In this document: one piece after another, positions 24,667 through 37,043 of the stretch | Layout: each line of letters opens with the position of its first letter | How positions within the stretch are numbered: position 1 is the stretch's first letter | Origin: Camelus ferus | Lineage: Eukaryota | DNA length: 64,000 nucleotides | Reading direction: 5' to 3' | Assembly: GCF_009834535.1 (NCBI RefSeq) | Contig: NC_045697.1 | Location: 12,898,001-12,962,000 of the forward strand | Position numbers and translations under genes: made by a program | The notes under the pieces: generated by a model | The model's database searches: none | The model's input: only the letters and a program-made list of their open reading frames with translations | Told to the model about the DNA's origin: nothing

Positions 24667-25254
24667 GTCGTTATTTCAATGTGACACTTCCATGACACAT
24701 TTTTATTTGACTAGAGGGCTCAAATTTCCAGATATATCAGTCAACCTTAAATCATCTTGAAGGAGGAGTTACTCAAAAGTTGGCACAAGCTCACTCTTCC
24801 AAGTTACTTTGTTAACCATTGAAAATTCAGAAAATTCTGTTTACATTGTTCTTTGCTTCCAAACCTTTTCAACTAACCACATTGTTAGTGCTTTCTAAAT
24901 ACATACCAAGATGGATCTTGGCTAGCCACAAAGTTTATGTTTATTTTAAAGAAAGTGGCTTTAGTCAGCAAAGATAACTTTTCCATATTGGCAAAGGCCT
25001 CCACAGCTTACAGAGTTGAGAAAGGATACTAAAAATAACAAACATGAGATTTTATAATGGATGGAAAAAGTAAAGTCAAGAAAACATTGCAAAAAGGAAA
25101 GTTATTCAAAATACTAGGTTTCCTATAGCATCTTAGCCTCTGTCTGAGAAGTAAAATTTTGTAGAATGAAACAAAATATCAGTTACATTATTTTATTTGA
25201 TTAATGTCTTTTAGCATTTAAATAATTCTATTTACTAATATTATTTAACACTTA

Positions 25255-25435
25255 ATACGTTATTTAATACTCATCACAACACAGAGAGATGGGATTTGTT
25301 GCCCCATTTTATAGATGAGGAAACCAAATTCTCAATGGTTTAAGTAATTTATTCAGTTTCATCCATGGCAAAGTGGAGAATCAGACGAACCTAGGATTAT
25401 CTGATTCTAAACTTCAATTTTCTACATTAGGCAAC
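25255..25435 (-). mobile_element. MIR SINE
   Basis: TTTAATACTCATCACAAC...CCCCATTTTATAGATGAGGAAAC. Confidence 0.75.
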
Positions 25436-26261
25436 AACTATTCTCCTAAGAGACTTAAGACTATTTTCTTCTAAATCATAATATTGTACAGTTTACTAAG
25501 CTAAGTAAGTTGATCATTGCAAGACTGAACCAGGTACATTAGATTCAAAAGCTCTGTGCATTATTTTTGTATCCATCCAAAATGCAAACCATTGAAATGA
25601 AGGAAAATTCCTGCACGGATTCTTTCCCTTATTATTAACACAGGCCTAGAGTTAAGGATAAAGGTCAATTAGTGAAGCGCATAAATGAAAATGCATATTT
25701 AAGCCAATCTTTATTATTGGAAAGTTGATTCCTATAATAAGAATGATTAATTACTACCTAGCAAAGTATTCCAGATGAAAAGCATTTCATTGACTATACC
25801 ATAAGTACAACATCTTGTAGTGAACCTAGGAACTATTATGCTGTCATTTATAGCAAAGATTTCAAGTAGTTAAAAACTCAGTTTATTTTTATAACAATAA
25901 ACTGTTCAAGAAAAGTGTTGTTATTTTCTATTACTTGAACTAAAAATAATACCAGAAACCATGGGACCTAATAAAGCAAAGGGCAACAGCAACCTATTAT
26001 TTTTGAAGAATGGTCATATACTTAACTAAAAGAAATATTCCCATGGTATCTGCCTATACTGTGATATGCATGACTGCTCTCACCTCTGATGGTAAACAGT
26101 ACTGGAATTCCAGTTAGACTAATTATGAGATCTTGTTGGCTGATACTTTTCTACTAATTTGTTGGGTGAACTTGGGCAAGTCTTTTAAGTTCCCCGAGTC
26201 ATTGTATCTTCATTTATTAAATTTTTCAGTTTTATAAATATTTTACCGGACTACAGTAGAA

Positions 26262-26263
<2 letters not shown>

Positions 26264-26303
<40 letters not shown>
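26264..26303. repeat. (CA)n microsatellite
   Basis: Read directly. Confidence 0.95.
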
Positions 26304-26304
<1 letters not shown>

Positions 26305-27454
26305 TACATACTAAATTGTAAAATCCTAAACATAAAAGGGATTGTTCTTAATGCATCATTAAGTGCTCTAAAATGTGTTTTGATATTTTTGTCACTGCTG
26401 TCATTGGCCAGAATTCTTGTTACCAAAACTTGTCTTACTAAACAGAAAGTTACGGTGGGAAGTGGGGGTGGGTGAAAGGATGGCTTTATTTGTACAACAT
26501 CCTTAAAGTGTTTTAGCCAGCTAGAAACTTGAACACTTCTCTTTAAAGATGTAGCAATTAATGAGAACATTTTATGTCTGTGTGTGTGTGAGTGTATTTC
26601 AAGGGAAGAGTTGGTAATGGTAAGAAATGTGTAGTTGTAGCATTGGGACTTTTATTATAAAATTACTAACTGGAAACATCCAAAGGAATTTATTTTCTAA
26701 GTTAACTTCGCATAGTATATTCAATGTTTATTTAAAGAAATAGTTACCATAGCATCCTTGCAGGAAAACCCACCAGTACCTGAAAACAAAAACAGCAATT
26801 TTAGTATTGTTCTTTAGAATGAAAAAGAGTACATGCAGCTAATATTATAAAATCATGATTATATATGCCCCAAAATATACGTTCCAATGGGAAGACTTTT
26901 CAGGAAAAAAATGAATTAAATAAGTTTTTTTTTAATAAATGATATCACTTTTATTTATACAGCTAGGTAATTACATTTATGTAAATTAAAATGATATATT
27001 TTTTCTGAACAAATAAAATAACATTTCTCTTGATAAATCACCTGCGTTTATCTTTAGTCCTATGACTTCCCTATAGGCACTGCGGCCTCTAACTTGCCAC
27101 ATTGCTTATATTTCTCAGCATGTGAGCCCCTCCCCCCCAGGCAAAGTTCTTTCATGGACTTTTGTTCTATACAATGACAATGACAATGACATGCCGTTTC
27201 TATAGCTCACAACACTTCTCAGTGTGCTCTGCTCCATTGTTTAAGATGTAGCTAAAAAGTTTTCATAGTTTGAACTGTCCTCTGCCATCTGGTAAAATGA
27301 AGAGTTTTTGTGTCTTTATAATTACTTTCATTTACTTCTGTAATAATGCTGTGTCACTATAATTTACATGCCTGTCTCATCAAGCTAACATGAGCTCCTT
27401 AAGAGAAGTGTCCACAGAGAAAAGGATGAACAAATTTAGGCTTATTTATTTACT

Positions 27455-28130
27455 TTTTCACTCATTGTTCATTTAAACAAATATTTCTGGAGCATTTGTC
27501 ATATGTCAAGTTAGGAACCATCAGTGAAAATTTACACAGTCCTTGCCCCAATCAAACTTACGTGGACCTATCTCCCAGTAGGAAGGCTGATGTTGATCGA
27601 AAAATCTTACAAGCAAGTTCATTATTACAATCATTTTTAAATTCTTTGGAGGTGACCTGCTATATAGGCTATATTTAGGCTACCTGTGATAGAGCAATTT
27701 GGTCTAACTCAACATATCAGAAAAGCACCCATAAGAAAAGATCTTATGATGGGTAGGAGAATTGAAACAGAGAAAGCAAAGAGGAATCTTGCAGGAGAGG
27801 AGCCGAGAGAGAGGTCAGGACCAGACCTACTGGAGTACTGTCTCTATCCCAAAAGAAATAGAAAATGGCTAGAAGTTTTAAAGGGAGGTGGCAACATCAG
27901 CAAAGAACAAAATCATATTGTCTTCAGTTTGTGTGAGGCAAATGTCAGATGTCACGTGGTGCCCGGTGAGAGGTAATGGTAATTTGGGTTAGATGCAGAG
28001 AACAAGCCAGATTCAAGATATACTTAGCAGGTGACACTAATGAGACTTTTTGATGGATTAAGGGATTGAGGGATTGAGGGAGCTCCAGATGCCAGGGATG
28101 CTGTCCAGCCTTCTGGCTTGAGTCCCGCTG
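27455..28130 (-). mobile_element. L2 remnant
   Basis: TTCACTCATTGTTCATTTAAACAAATATTTCTGGAGCATTTGTCATATGTCAAG antisense terminus, followed by purine-rich L2 body. Confidence 0.65.
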
Positions 28131-28894
28131 ACAGCCTTAGACTGAGGGCACCTAAAGGCAGAAAGTGGCTCTGATTCAGCCTCACAACTTCTTTATAAGC
28201 CTTGCTCTTGCTCGGTGCCTTGGACATTATTTTGACTGTTTATTTTTAGTGTTTACAGCAACTACTGTGGTCACGCACTGTATCTGGTAATTTTTCTTTT
28301 TTCAACTTGAAAATAGGGCAGATTCCTTCCCTTAAGATACTTATTATGGTTTAATGAGGTACAGAACTTTTACATATGGCCTCTAATTCTCTCATGGTGT
28401 AGTATTCTAGGTATGATCATTAAAGATGGTATCTTGGAGGGTCACAAGGGCATCAGAGACTTACTACAAACAAGAAAATGTGAGAAGAAAAGTATAATGG
28501 ACGTAATGAAATGTAAGTATGGCCTTGAGGGATAAATATGATTTTGAAAGGCAGCTGCAAGTGTTCTGGCAAAGTGAACATCTTGAACAATGTCATGGAG
28601 GAGAGAATACAGGGGCCAACCCGAGAGTAAGGAACAGTCTAATTTGGTGGGGACACAGTGTTTGAGATAAAAAAGAGACCACTAGATGTACTGATGTGGG
28701 TTTTGACTGATAACATGAGGCTTGTTTACTTAATTTAGTAAGTGGAACGTGTTTTGAGTTAGAATAATCAGAATTGGGATGGAGGAGACACAAGATATTG
28801 GAAGATATTAGATACAAACAAAAATATTTACTTGGTGTGTGGCCAATATAATTTTTTTGATGGAATTTGAGGATCAGAGAGGAAGAAATGCAGA

Positions 28895-29300
28895 AATATT
28901 AGTAAAAATGATGCTAGATTCTGTCACAAATAACCTGCAAATTCATATGGTTTGATAAAATAGAACTCTTATTTCTCACACAACTTTCCAAAGCAGCTGA
29001 TTGTGGCTGATGAGTGTCTTTGAGCCATGTGGTGACATAGGGATCCCAAAAGTGCCATCTTGTGGCTCTGCAGTACCCTAATGCCTTGGAATCACTGCAT
29101 CCAGTTGGCAGAAGGGGAAATAAAGCATTAAGGTATATTTTCTAAAAGCTCCATCCTGAAAATTATACATATAACCTCCACTTACATTGCATTATCTGGT
29201 AGTCCCACAGCCAAATCTGAATACAAAGGTAATGAAATATAATTGAGTCACACATCTAGGCAAAGAAGAAGAAAACAGGTTCAAAGAGACTGCTAGCTCT
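28895..29300 (-). mobile_element. Old MLT1 (K/L-like) LTR remnant
   Basis: ATGCTAGATTCTGTCACAAATAACCTGCAAATTC...TTATTTCTCACA...CCATCTTGTGGCTCTGC...CCTCCACTTACATT. Confidence 0.6.
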
Positions 29301-29391
29301 CCCTTCAAGATAATCTCAAAGATTCTAGCATGTGTCTGTCGCATTGATGTTGGTGTCCCTAGTTACTGTAAACAACACACAAGAACAGTGG

Positions 29392-29892
29392 GGTGCATGT
29401 ATCTTTTCGAATTTTAGTTTTCTATGAATATATGCCCAGGAGTGGGATTGCTGGATCTTATGGCAGCTCTATTTTTGTTTTTTAAGGAGTTTGTTAGTTT
29501 TTTAAGGAACCTCTATACTGTTTTCCATACTGGATGTACCAATTTACATTCTCATCAACAGTATAGGAGGGTTCCCTTTTCACATACCCTCTCCAGAATT
29601 TATTTGTAGACTTTTTAATGATGGCCATTCTGACTGGTTCGAGGATAAATTAGGAATTGGAGATAAGTAGACACTAACTACTATATATAAAACAAATAAT
29701 CAAGACCCTACTGTATAGTGCAGGAACTCTATTAAATATCCTGTAATAAGCCATAATAGAAAAGAATATGGAATTGTATATATATACATTTAAAATATAT
29801 ACATACACACATATGTAATTGAATTGCTTTGCTGTACACCAGAAATTAACACAACATTGTAAATCAACTATAATTCAATTAGAAAATACACA
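29392..29892. mobile_element. 5'-inverted (twin-primed) L1 insertion
   Basis: About 29392-29642 is antisense L1 ORF2 end (CCCAGGAGTGGGATTGCTGGATC, ACCAATTTACATTCTCATCAACAGT). About 29643-29892 is the sense L1 3' end (GCTGTACACCAGAAATTAACACAACATTGTAAATCAACTA). TSD ACAAGAACAGTGG (29379-29391) / ACAAGAAGAGTGG (29893-29905). Confidence 0.85.
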
Positions 29893-30173
29893 ACAAGAAG
29901 AGTGGTGCTAGGATGCCAAATATGTTTAATATGAAGTTTCGTAGGAATTTTATTGGAGATTTCCAGCAGAAATTTGGTTGATAAGTCTGAAACTTGGGAA
30001 ACACATTTGGGCTGCTTTTTGAATATGGGGGAGAATATCTAGGCTAAGCTGACTCTTGTAGAATTTAGTCAATCAATAACAGTATGTTGGTGCTACAAAT
30101 AAAGTGATGGATGAAATAGACAAGATCTCATCTTTTTAGTGAAAAAGGAAATTGACAAGAGAGCAGTTTAAGT

Positions 30174-30575
30174 CAGCACTGTCCAATAGAAGCCTCTGTG
30201 ATGATGAATGTGTTTTATTTCTTTTTTTTGTTTTGATTTTTTTCTTTTTTTAAACTTTTTTATTGAGTTATAGTCATTTTACAATGTTGTGTCAAATTCC
30301 AGCGTAGAGCACAATTTTTCAGTTATACATGAACATACATATATTCATTGTCACATTTTTCTTCTCTGTGAGCTACAAGATCTTGTAGATATTTCCCTGT
30401 GCTGTACAGTATAATCTTGTTTATCTATTCTACATATGCCTATATTCTATTTCTGTTTTGTTCAGTATGGTAACCACTAGCCACCTGTAGCTCTTGAAGA
30501 CTTGAAATATGACCAATGTGACTAAGGATGCAAATGTTAAATTTTATTTAATTTTAATTAATTTAAACTTAAAAT
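30174..30575. mobile_element. MER3 (hAT-Charlie) split by an L1 insertion
   Basis: CAGCACTGTCCAATAGAAGCCTCTGTGATGATGAATGTG ... resumes as ATGGTAACCACTAGCCACCTGTAGCT...AATTTTATTTAATTTTAATTAATTTAAA. Confidence 0.85.
30222..30440 (-). mobile_element. Young camelid-type L1 3' end
   Basis: T-rich tail, then TTATTGAGTTATAGTCATTTTACAATGTTGTGTCAAATTCCAG...TTTCCCTGTGCTGTACAGTATAATCTTG. Confidence 0.85.
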
Positions 30576-30627
30576 CTCAATAGATTGAAATCCCAAATGG
30601 ACAAAGACTATATTTCAGCTCACGTGA

Positions 30628-30810
30628 ACAATAACAATCTACAGCAATGACAACGAACATCTCTGGAGCGCTTACCATATGCCAAGTGCAATTCAAAGCA
30701 CTTTCTATGTATTAACCAACTTAACCTTCATAACAACCCTGTGAGGTTAGTGATATTATTATAATTATCTTTTTTTTTTTGGCAAGGGAACTAAAGCACA
30801 GAGTTGTGAG
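30628..30810 (-). mobile_element. MIR SINE
   Basis: GAGCGCTTACCATATGCCAAG...TTAACCTTCATAACAACCCTGTGAGGT. Confidence 0.75.
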
Positions 30811-31602
30811 ATCGATTACCTGCTCTTAGAAAATACACAGTCCAATGCAGGAACAAGACAAACAGATAATTCTTTTGCAATGTTGCTAAGAGTGGTGAAA
30901 GAAACCAGCAGGCACCCATAATACATTGGGAAGCAAAAACTGGAATTCACCCAGTGAAGGAGTTGTAGAGGCTAAGACGAAAAGTGGAATATACTAGGTA
31001 TGAACTAAGCCTACTGCATAAAATTTTACAAAGACCCAGTCAGTGTTCTTCCTTCTTTTCTCTATCCTAGAATTACAGGATGTTCACAATACTCCTTTAC
31101 CCATTGGCAAATGCCCAGTTGTTTTTGACTTTAATCCGACTTTGGATTGCAGTATGTAGAGCCCCCGGCAACACGGAAATACTGGAATATCAGAACAGAA
31201 AGTTCTTTCGCCTCTCCTGCCCTCTGCCTTCAGTTGGTCGGACTCTCAGTCTGCTTAAAGCTGGAAGTAGCTACCATGGCCCAGCTGCCCTTTCCTTGGA
31301 ATAGGTCATCTTGCCTGGAGCTGAGCTCAGCCCATTTCCATGCATCATTAAGACTGGATAATGATTAGCTAAATTATTCCTTCTCTAAGCTTAATGAGCT
31401 GTGAGGTGATACATTTGTAGTTCATTCTAAAACATATAAAAGTAGATGAAGTTTTTGTTCAGAAAATCTTCCTCTAGAAACCATTCACTTGGCTCCTCCT
31501 TTGTCATCTTAGAGAAGTGTTGCCCACATGGTAACCCAAATCTTTGATGAACTATTATTAACTTTGAGATGATAACAGATGACTTTTTTAGTTTACACTG
31601 TA

Positions 31603-31627
31603 TGTGTGTGTGTGTGTGTGTGTGTGT
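31603..31627. repeat. (TG)n microsatellite
   Basis: Read directly. Confidence 0.95.
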
Positions 31628-32005
31628 ACATATGTGTACATTCATTTTACGAAAATGTGACAATGTAGGGTCCTGGAGGTCTCTCTCCTGGGATAGTAAT
31701 AAATAACTTTCTTTTTTGTTGTTGTTCTTTTCACGTTCCCTTTGAATTAGTCTTTTGTTTATGCCTTGCTGGTGTGTTCAATGTAAATTTTTCTTCTATC
31801 TCAATTTATGCAATATAATATATTTCTGAAGAGTTACATTCCCATCTTGTCTTTGCAAATGAGTGAAGAAACTTAGTGTTTAAGTGAGTTATATGTGTAT
31901 TATCATGTATGACTGTGTGTGTTTAAATTTGCATAGAGTTTGACATTATTTAAAGAAAAGTGACAACTGGATTTGCAAATGTCACATTTCGTGCCAGAAA
32001 CTTTA

Positions 32006-32393
32006 TGTGTTTGTTAGGGTAGGCTCAGCTATGGAAACAAAAATATCATTGGCTTGACAAAGCAGAAGTGTGTTTCTTCTTCATGTAATGGTCTTGGGAG
32101 GTTGTTCCAGTAGATAGAGTAACTCTCCTCCCCTGTGCCCTCTAGCTTGGGGCCCTGTCACTTCACAGGGCAAAAGAGGAAAGGAAGTATGGATGTGGAA
32201 CACTAACTTGCTTAAGAATTCTGGCCAAGAATTTTCCCACATCATTTGTGCTCACATTCTAATGCTGAGAGCTGAAGTTTATGATCTAAATGCAAGGGAG
32301 TTTGGGAAATTCGGTCTAGATTTGCCTCCAGCTAAGATCCCCATTTGATGGAAGGAGAATATTGATTTTGGTGAGCAGTTGAGTTTCTGCCAC
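32006..32393 (-). mobile_element. Old MLT1 LTR remnant
   Basis: TGTGTTTGTTAGGGTAGGCTCAGCT...TTTGTGCTCACATTCTAAT...TGCAAGGGAG...TTTCTGCCACA. Confidence 0.6.
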
Positions 32394-32525
32394 ATTCTGG
32401 ATATGTAAAACATGGTACAGATCCAATTGGCATGGCTTCTGCTTTTTTAAAAATAAAAATATTACCTTCACCTTTCAGATGTTCCAAACTTATACTGTCT
32501 GATTGTCTCCCCCATTCCTCTGGCT

Positions 32526-32541
32526 TCTCTCTCTACACACA

Positions 32542-32629
<88 letters not shown>
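32526..32629. repeat. Compound (CT)n(CA)n(TA)n microsatellite
   Basis: Read directly. Confidence 0.97.
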
Positions 32630-32634
<5 letters not shown>

Positions 32635-33090
32635 ATATAATTAAATATATCTGTTTAATTTATCTGCCCTTGAAATGCTTTGATTTCTCTAATTTACTCT
32701 AGGCTCCAAACCTCACACACAGAAGTAGATCAATCTTTATAAAGTTTATCCCATTCCTCTCTTATGACTATTCTTTCTACCACTTCCTTTCAGACTTTGA
32801 GTCCATCTTAACTGAACTCTGCTTTCAGTCTCCCGGGGAGACTTCCTGACTCCTACTTTCTTCTCCTCCAATCCATCCTGCACGCTGCTTCTAGATTAAA
32901 TCTGCACAATTCCCCAACACCCCAAATCCCTAGTTCAAAATGCATGGTGATTTCTCACCATAGTTTTGAATTTGGATTTGCCTCACCCTAAAAGTCAAGG
33001 TGCTTCTCAGCATGGAACCAATCTGCCTTCCATGTACTGCCTTAAATTCTATAGAATACACTGTGATGCAGTAATTTACCATAATCCATG

Positions 33091-33588
33091 TTTATTGTTT
33101 TTTTTAAAATCACAGCTCTTGCAAATTACCTGAAATTTAGTAGCTTAGGACTAGATAAATTTATTTCCTTGTAGTTCCGGAGGTCAAAATTCAAATGAGT
33201 CTAACTGGGCTAAAATCAAAGTGCCATCCTGTCTGTGTTTCTTTCTTGGAGGCTAGAGAAGAGGGTCTATTTTCCTGCCTTTTTAGCTTTTAGAAACTGC
33301 CCCTGTGCCTTGGCTTGTGGTCTCCTTCCTCCATCCTCAAAACCTACGAATTCATCACTCTAACCTTGTTTATTTTGTAATCACTTTCTCTGTTTCTCTC
33401 TTTTGATTACACTGAGACCATCCAGATAATCTAGGATAATATCCCTGTCTTAAAGACAGGTGATCAGTAACATTAATTTCATCTACAGCCTTAATTCCCC
33501 TTTGCCATGCAACCTGACGTATTCACATATTCTGGGGATTGGGACATGGGTACCTTTTGGAAGAGGCATTATAATTCTGTCTACCATA
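33091..33588 (-). mobile_element. MLT1D-like solo LTR with 5-bp TSD
   Basis: ACTGGGCTAAAATCAAAGTG...CCAGATAATCTAGGATAAT...CCTTAATTCCCCTTTGCCATG...ATTCTGTCTACCATA; perfect TSD CCATG at 33086-33090 and 33589-33593. Confidence 0.9.
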
Positions 33589-34782
33589 CCATGTTTCCCC
33601 TGTTTCTTGACTCCTGCTTACTCTGGCCCCTCCTTTCTTCCCTTCCCCCCACCTCAGAATGTTCTCTCTAAGCCACTATACCTTTTGAAACCCTATCCAT
33701 CCTCCATCCTCAAATTTCACTTCATATTTAACTTCCTCTCCAAATTCTACTCACTGGGAGAAAGTCCATCCTTTTATTTTGTTATCTTTTAAACACATTT
33801 CCTGCTTTACTTAGAATTTTAACTTTTAAAAAATTGAGTGCATTTTGAGTTATCGCCGTGGGTCGATTGCAGTCTTCTCGGAGGGAAGGCATTATGCTTT
33901 GTTCACTTTTTATAGGCTTCATAGACTTTGAGAAAATTCTTGCACATAATAACCACACATGTAATTTTTGTCACATCGAATAGAATTTGCTCATTTACCA
34001 CAAGCAACACAGGGGCACAGTAGCATTAAGCAATCCTTTAAGAGCAGGGAACCCATAAGTAACTTGCATGTGTTTAAGGAATGCTTCTGATGTGGCTTTT
34101 GCAAGAGATGTCTACTTAAATTTTTCTCCTCATAGTGATTTGATTTCATGTCGCTCCTCTCCTGTATGGACTCACGAGTAGACATGAAGATATCATCTTT
34201 GACAGCATTTATTTGCCTTCTCCTTAAAATGGATTCTCTGGGGAAATAGGATTTAGACATTAGTCTGAAGATTTTCTCACAACAGAAGTGCTTACAGAGT
34301 TTCCCCCTGTGTGAGTTCCCTGGTGAATGACAAAGTCGATTTCCAAACTCATTTTTTCTGTAAGTATCCAAAGTATAGATTTCTTCCCACGGGGACCCCT
34401 TGGTTGGCCTTTTGACAAACTAGCTTCTCAGTCTTTCAGCCTGTTGTGGATTTTGCCTTATACTTTGATCAAATGTTGACTTGGCTTACCTAAATCTTAT
34501 TTTAAATCACACTCTTAAATTATTTTTCTTTGCTTTAGGGATTTCCTGTAAATACTAGGTTATCTATATCTCTCAGATTTTGAGGCTCAATATAATTAAT
34601 TTCTTTAACTGAGTTTTTATTGAAAGTCTTAAACTTTATTTAACTCTTTAATTCAAAACTAAACTTCACATTTATATATGATCTCATGAGAGTATGTGTT
34701 TTGTGAACCCAGTTGCTTCCTCTTGTTTAAGTGGGGTAGGGACCATGGAATTCATTGTCTAAGCAACATTAATTGGGCTAGA

Positions 34783-34963
34783 TAATTGGTTCTCCAATGA
34801 GTTTGCATCACATGCATTAGAATCACCCAGGCAACTCGTCAGATCTGAGAGTTAAGGGGTTTTACCCCTAGAGTTTCTGGGATTGGCTGAGAATTGGCAT
34901 TTTTATCAAGTTCTCAGGTACTGTTGATGCTGCAGGTTGGGGACCACAGTTTGAGAAACACTG
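34783..34963. mobile_element. MER5A-like hAT MITE
   Basis: TGGTTCTC...ATTAGAATCACC...GAGAATTGGCATTTTTATCAAGTTCTCAGGT...GGGACCACAGTTTGAGAAACACTG. Confidence 0.8.
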
Positions 34964-36689
34964 ACATAGTTAACATGCCTCAGGAAGAGCCATTTAAAGA
35001 TGAGTAAGAAAATGTATTAATTTACTTATTAACTTATTCATTCATTCATTCTTTTAAGAAATATTGATTATGTACCTACTATATCTGATTCCATAGTTTA
35101 TATTCTTTGCTTTATATTCATTTCATCTATTTGGAAGGCAATATGGAAGTGTCTATATTTTACATAAATTAAATATTTAAGGTAGTTTATGTATATAAAT
35201 TCATACATTAACATCTAAATTGATTATATGCTTTTTACAAAATGTAACTCAACTCAATGATTATTTATTGAGTGCTTACGTTAGGTAAGGCTTGTACTAG
35301 CAACAGAGAACAAAATAAGAAATTAAAAATATTAGCTATATTGACATGCCTCTCCACTTCTCTGAATTCTCCCATGTATCATGTATAGATTTGTGAATTT
35401 GGCTGTTGACCTCATTATAATAAAATCTAATTATTAGTCTATATCTGTTATATTATTGTTATGAATTGTGCTAATTGAGTTTTATTTGCCTTTCTTTTTT
35501 GTTCTAGCTTTTGCTGCTAGAGCTAACTAGAGAAAGAAACACTGCTGGGTGCAAAAATATGAAGTGTATGAAAATGCTGTATTAAATCTATACTAATTTT
35601 AGTTTATTTTTGTTGTATTTATATCCATAGGCTTTTATTTATTATTCAAGCATCATAGTAAAATAAAAAGAAAGAATCTTTGAGAAGAAAATAAATGACT
35701 CAAAACCCAAGTTCATTAATAGCTTTGTGTGCATATGTGTATGTATATGTGTGTGTTTGTGTGTGTGTACACTTGAATGTTGCCTGCTGGTACTTGTCTG
35801 TATGCATATTTCTTTCTTATAATCTTGAGGTATTCATAGTTTTTATTTTTCATTTTTACTTATATTATAAACTATTTCATTTTCTATGATCTTCATAATT
35901 ATTTAAATGGCTCCATAAATTTTTATTTAGATAAAATTGAACAGCATTTCATTTCCCTTTGCTTCAAACATATAAATCCTTCTATTTCTCTAATTTAGAA
36001 AAAATAGAAAATATTCTTATAAATATTGCTAGTAGACAGGTTCTATGGTCAAAGTTATGAATATTTTTATGACTTTTTAAATGGGAATCTTATTATATAT
36101 AATATAGACACTGGCTTATAAAGATAATTTTAAAAGTTTATCATCATTGTAAATTTATGATTTTTAGTCAATTGATAGAATTTAAATGTGCTTTTTATTT
36201 TTAATTTATGTGCATTTCATTACCAATGAATTTAATCATTATGCTATGTTGATTTATAATTTTTTACTATTCTTAGACAAAGAGCTCATTTAAATTAATA
36301 GAATATGCTTTATTTATTTATCTATTTATTTTTGGATTAGACTGCTTTTTATAGTTGTGGATTCCCATTATAAACCTTAACCTCATTTCAAGTTTATATA
36401 AGCACTAAATAGAAAGTGCATATTCAACTATAAATTGAAACTACATTTTCAAATTAAAATGAATATTTTTCTTATCAACCATTTAGCATTCAAAAAGCAA
36501 AAATATCTATAATGAGTCACTCCAAGAAAGAGTTCACTTTAGTAGTAATGTAAGAAATTAATTAAAAGAAAACTCTTATAAGGTAAAATGCATGCAAAAT
36601 AGCATTACTGTGAGGTTTTTCTATTGTCTTATAGATGACTGCATAAAACTACAGTGGGAATGTTTGAAAAAGAAACATTTTTAATTGTA

Positions 36690-37043
36690 TTAATCCCCAG
36701 TGTGACTGTATTTGGAGACAGGGGTTTTAGGAACAAATTAAGGTTAAATGAGGTCATAAGGGTGGGGTCTTAATCCAATAGGATTGATGGTCTTATAGGA
36801 AAAGAATGAGATCTCTCTGTCTCTGTGTCTGTCTTTTTACACGTGTGCACTGAGTAACGGCCATGTGAGGACATGTTGTAAGGTGGCTGTCTGCAAGCCA
36901 GGTTAAAGAGCCCTCCTCAGAACTGGACCTTGCTGGCACCCTGATCTCGGACTCCCAGTCTCCAAAACTGGGAGATTTATTTCTGTAGTTAAAACCACTC
37001 AGGCTATGGTATTGCATTATGACAACCTGAGCAAACAAACACA
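36690..37043 (+). mobile_element. MLT1B-like solo LTR, 5'-truncated
   Basis: TGTGACTGTATTTGGAGACAGGG...TTAAGGTTAAATGAGGTCATAAGGGTGGGG...GGCCATGTGAGGACA...CTGGCACCCTGATCTCGGACT. Confidence 0.9.

Noticed and set aside
33991..34371. 126-aa minus-strand ORF in unique sequence
   Set aside because: TTG start, no family recognised, no convincing flanking exon structure. PhyloCSF/BLASTP would be needed to rescue it.
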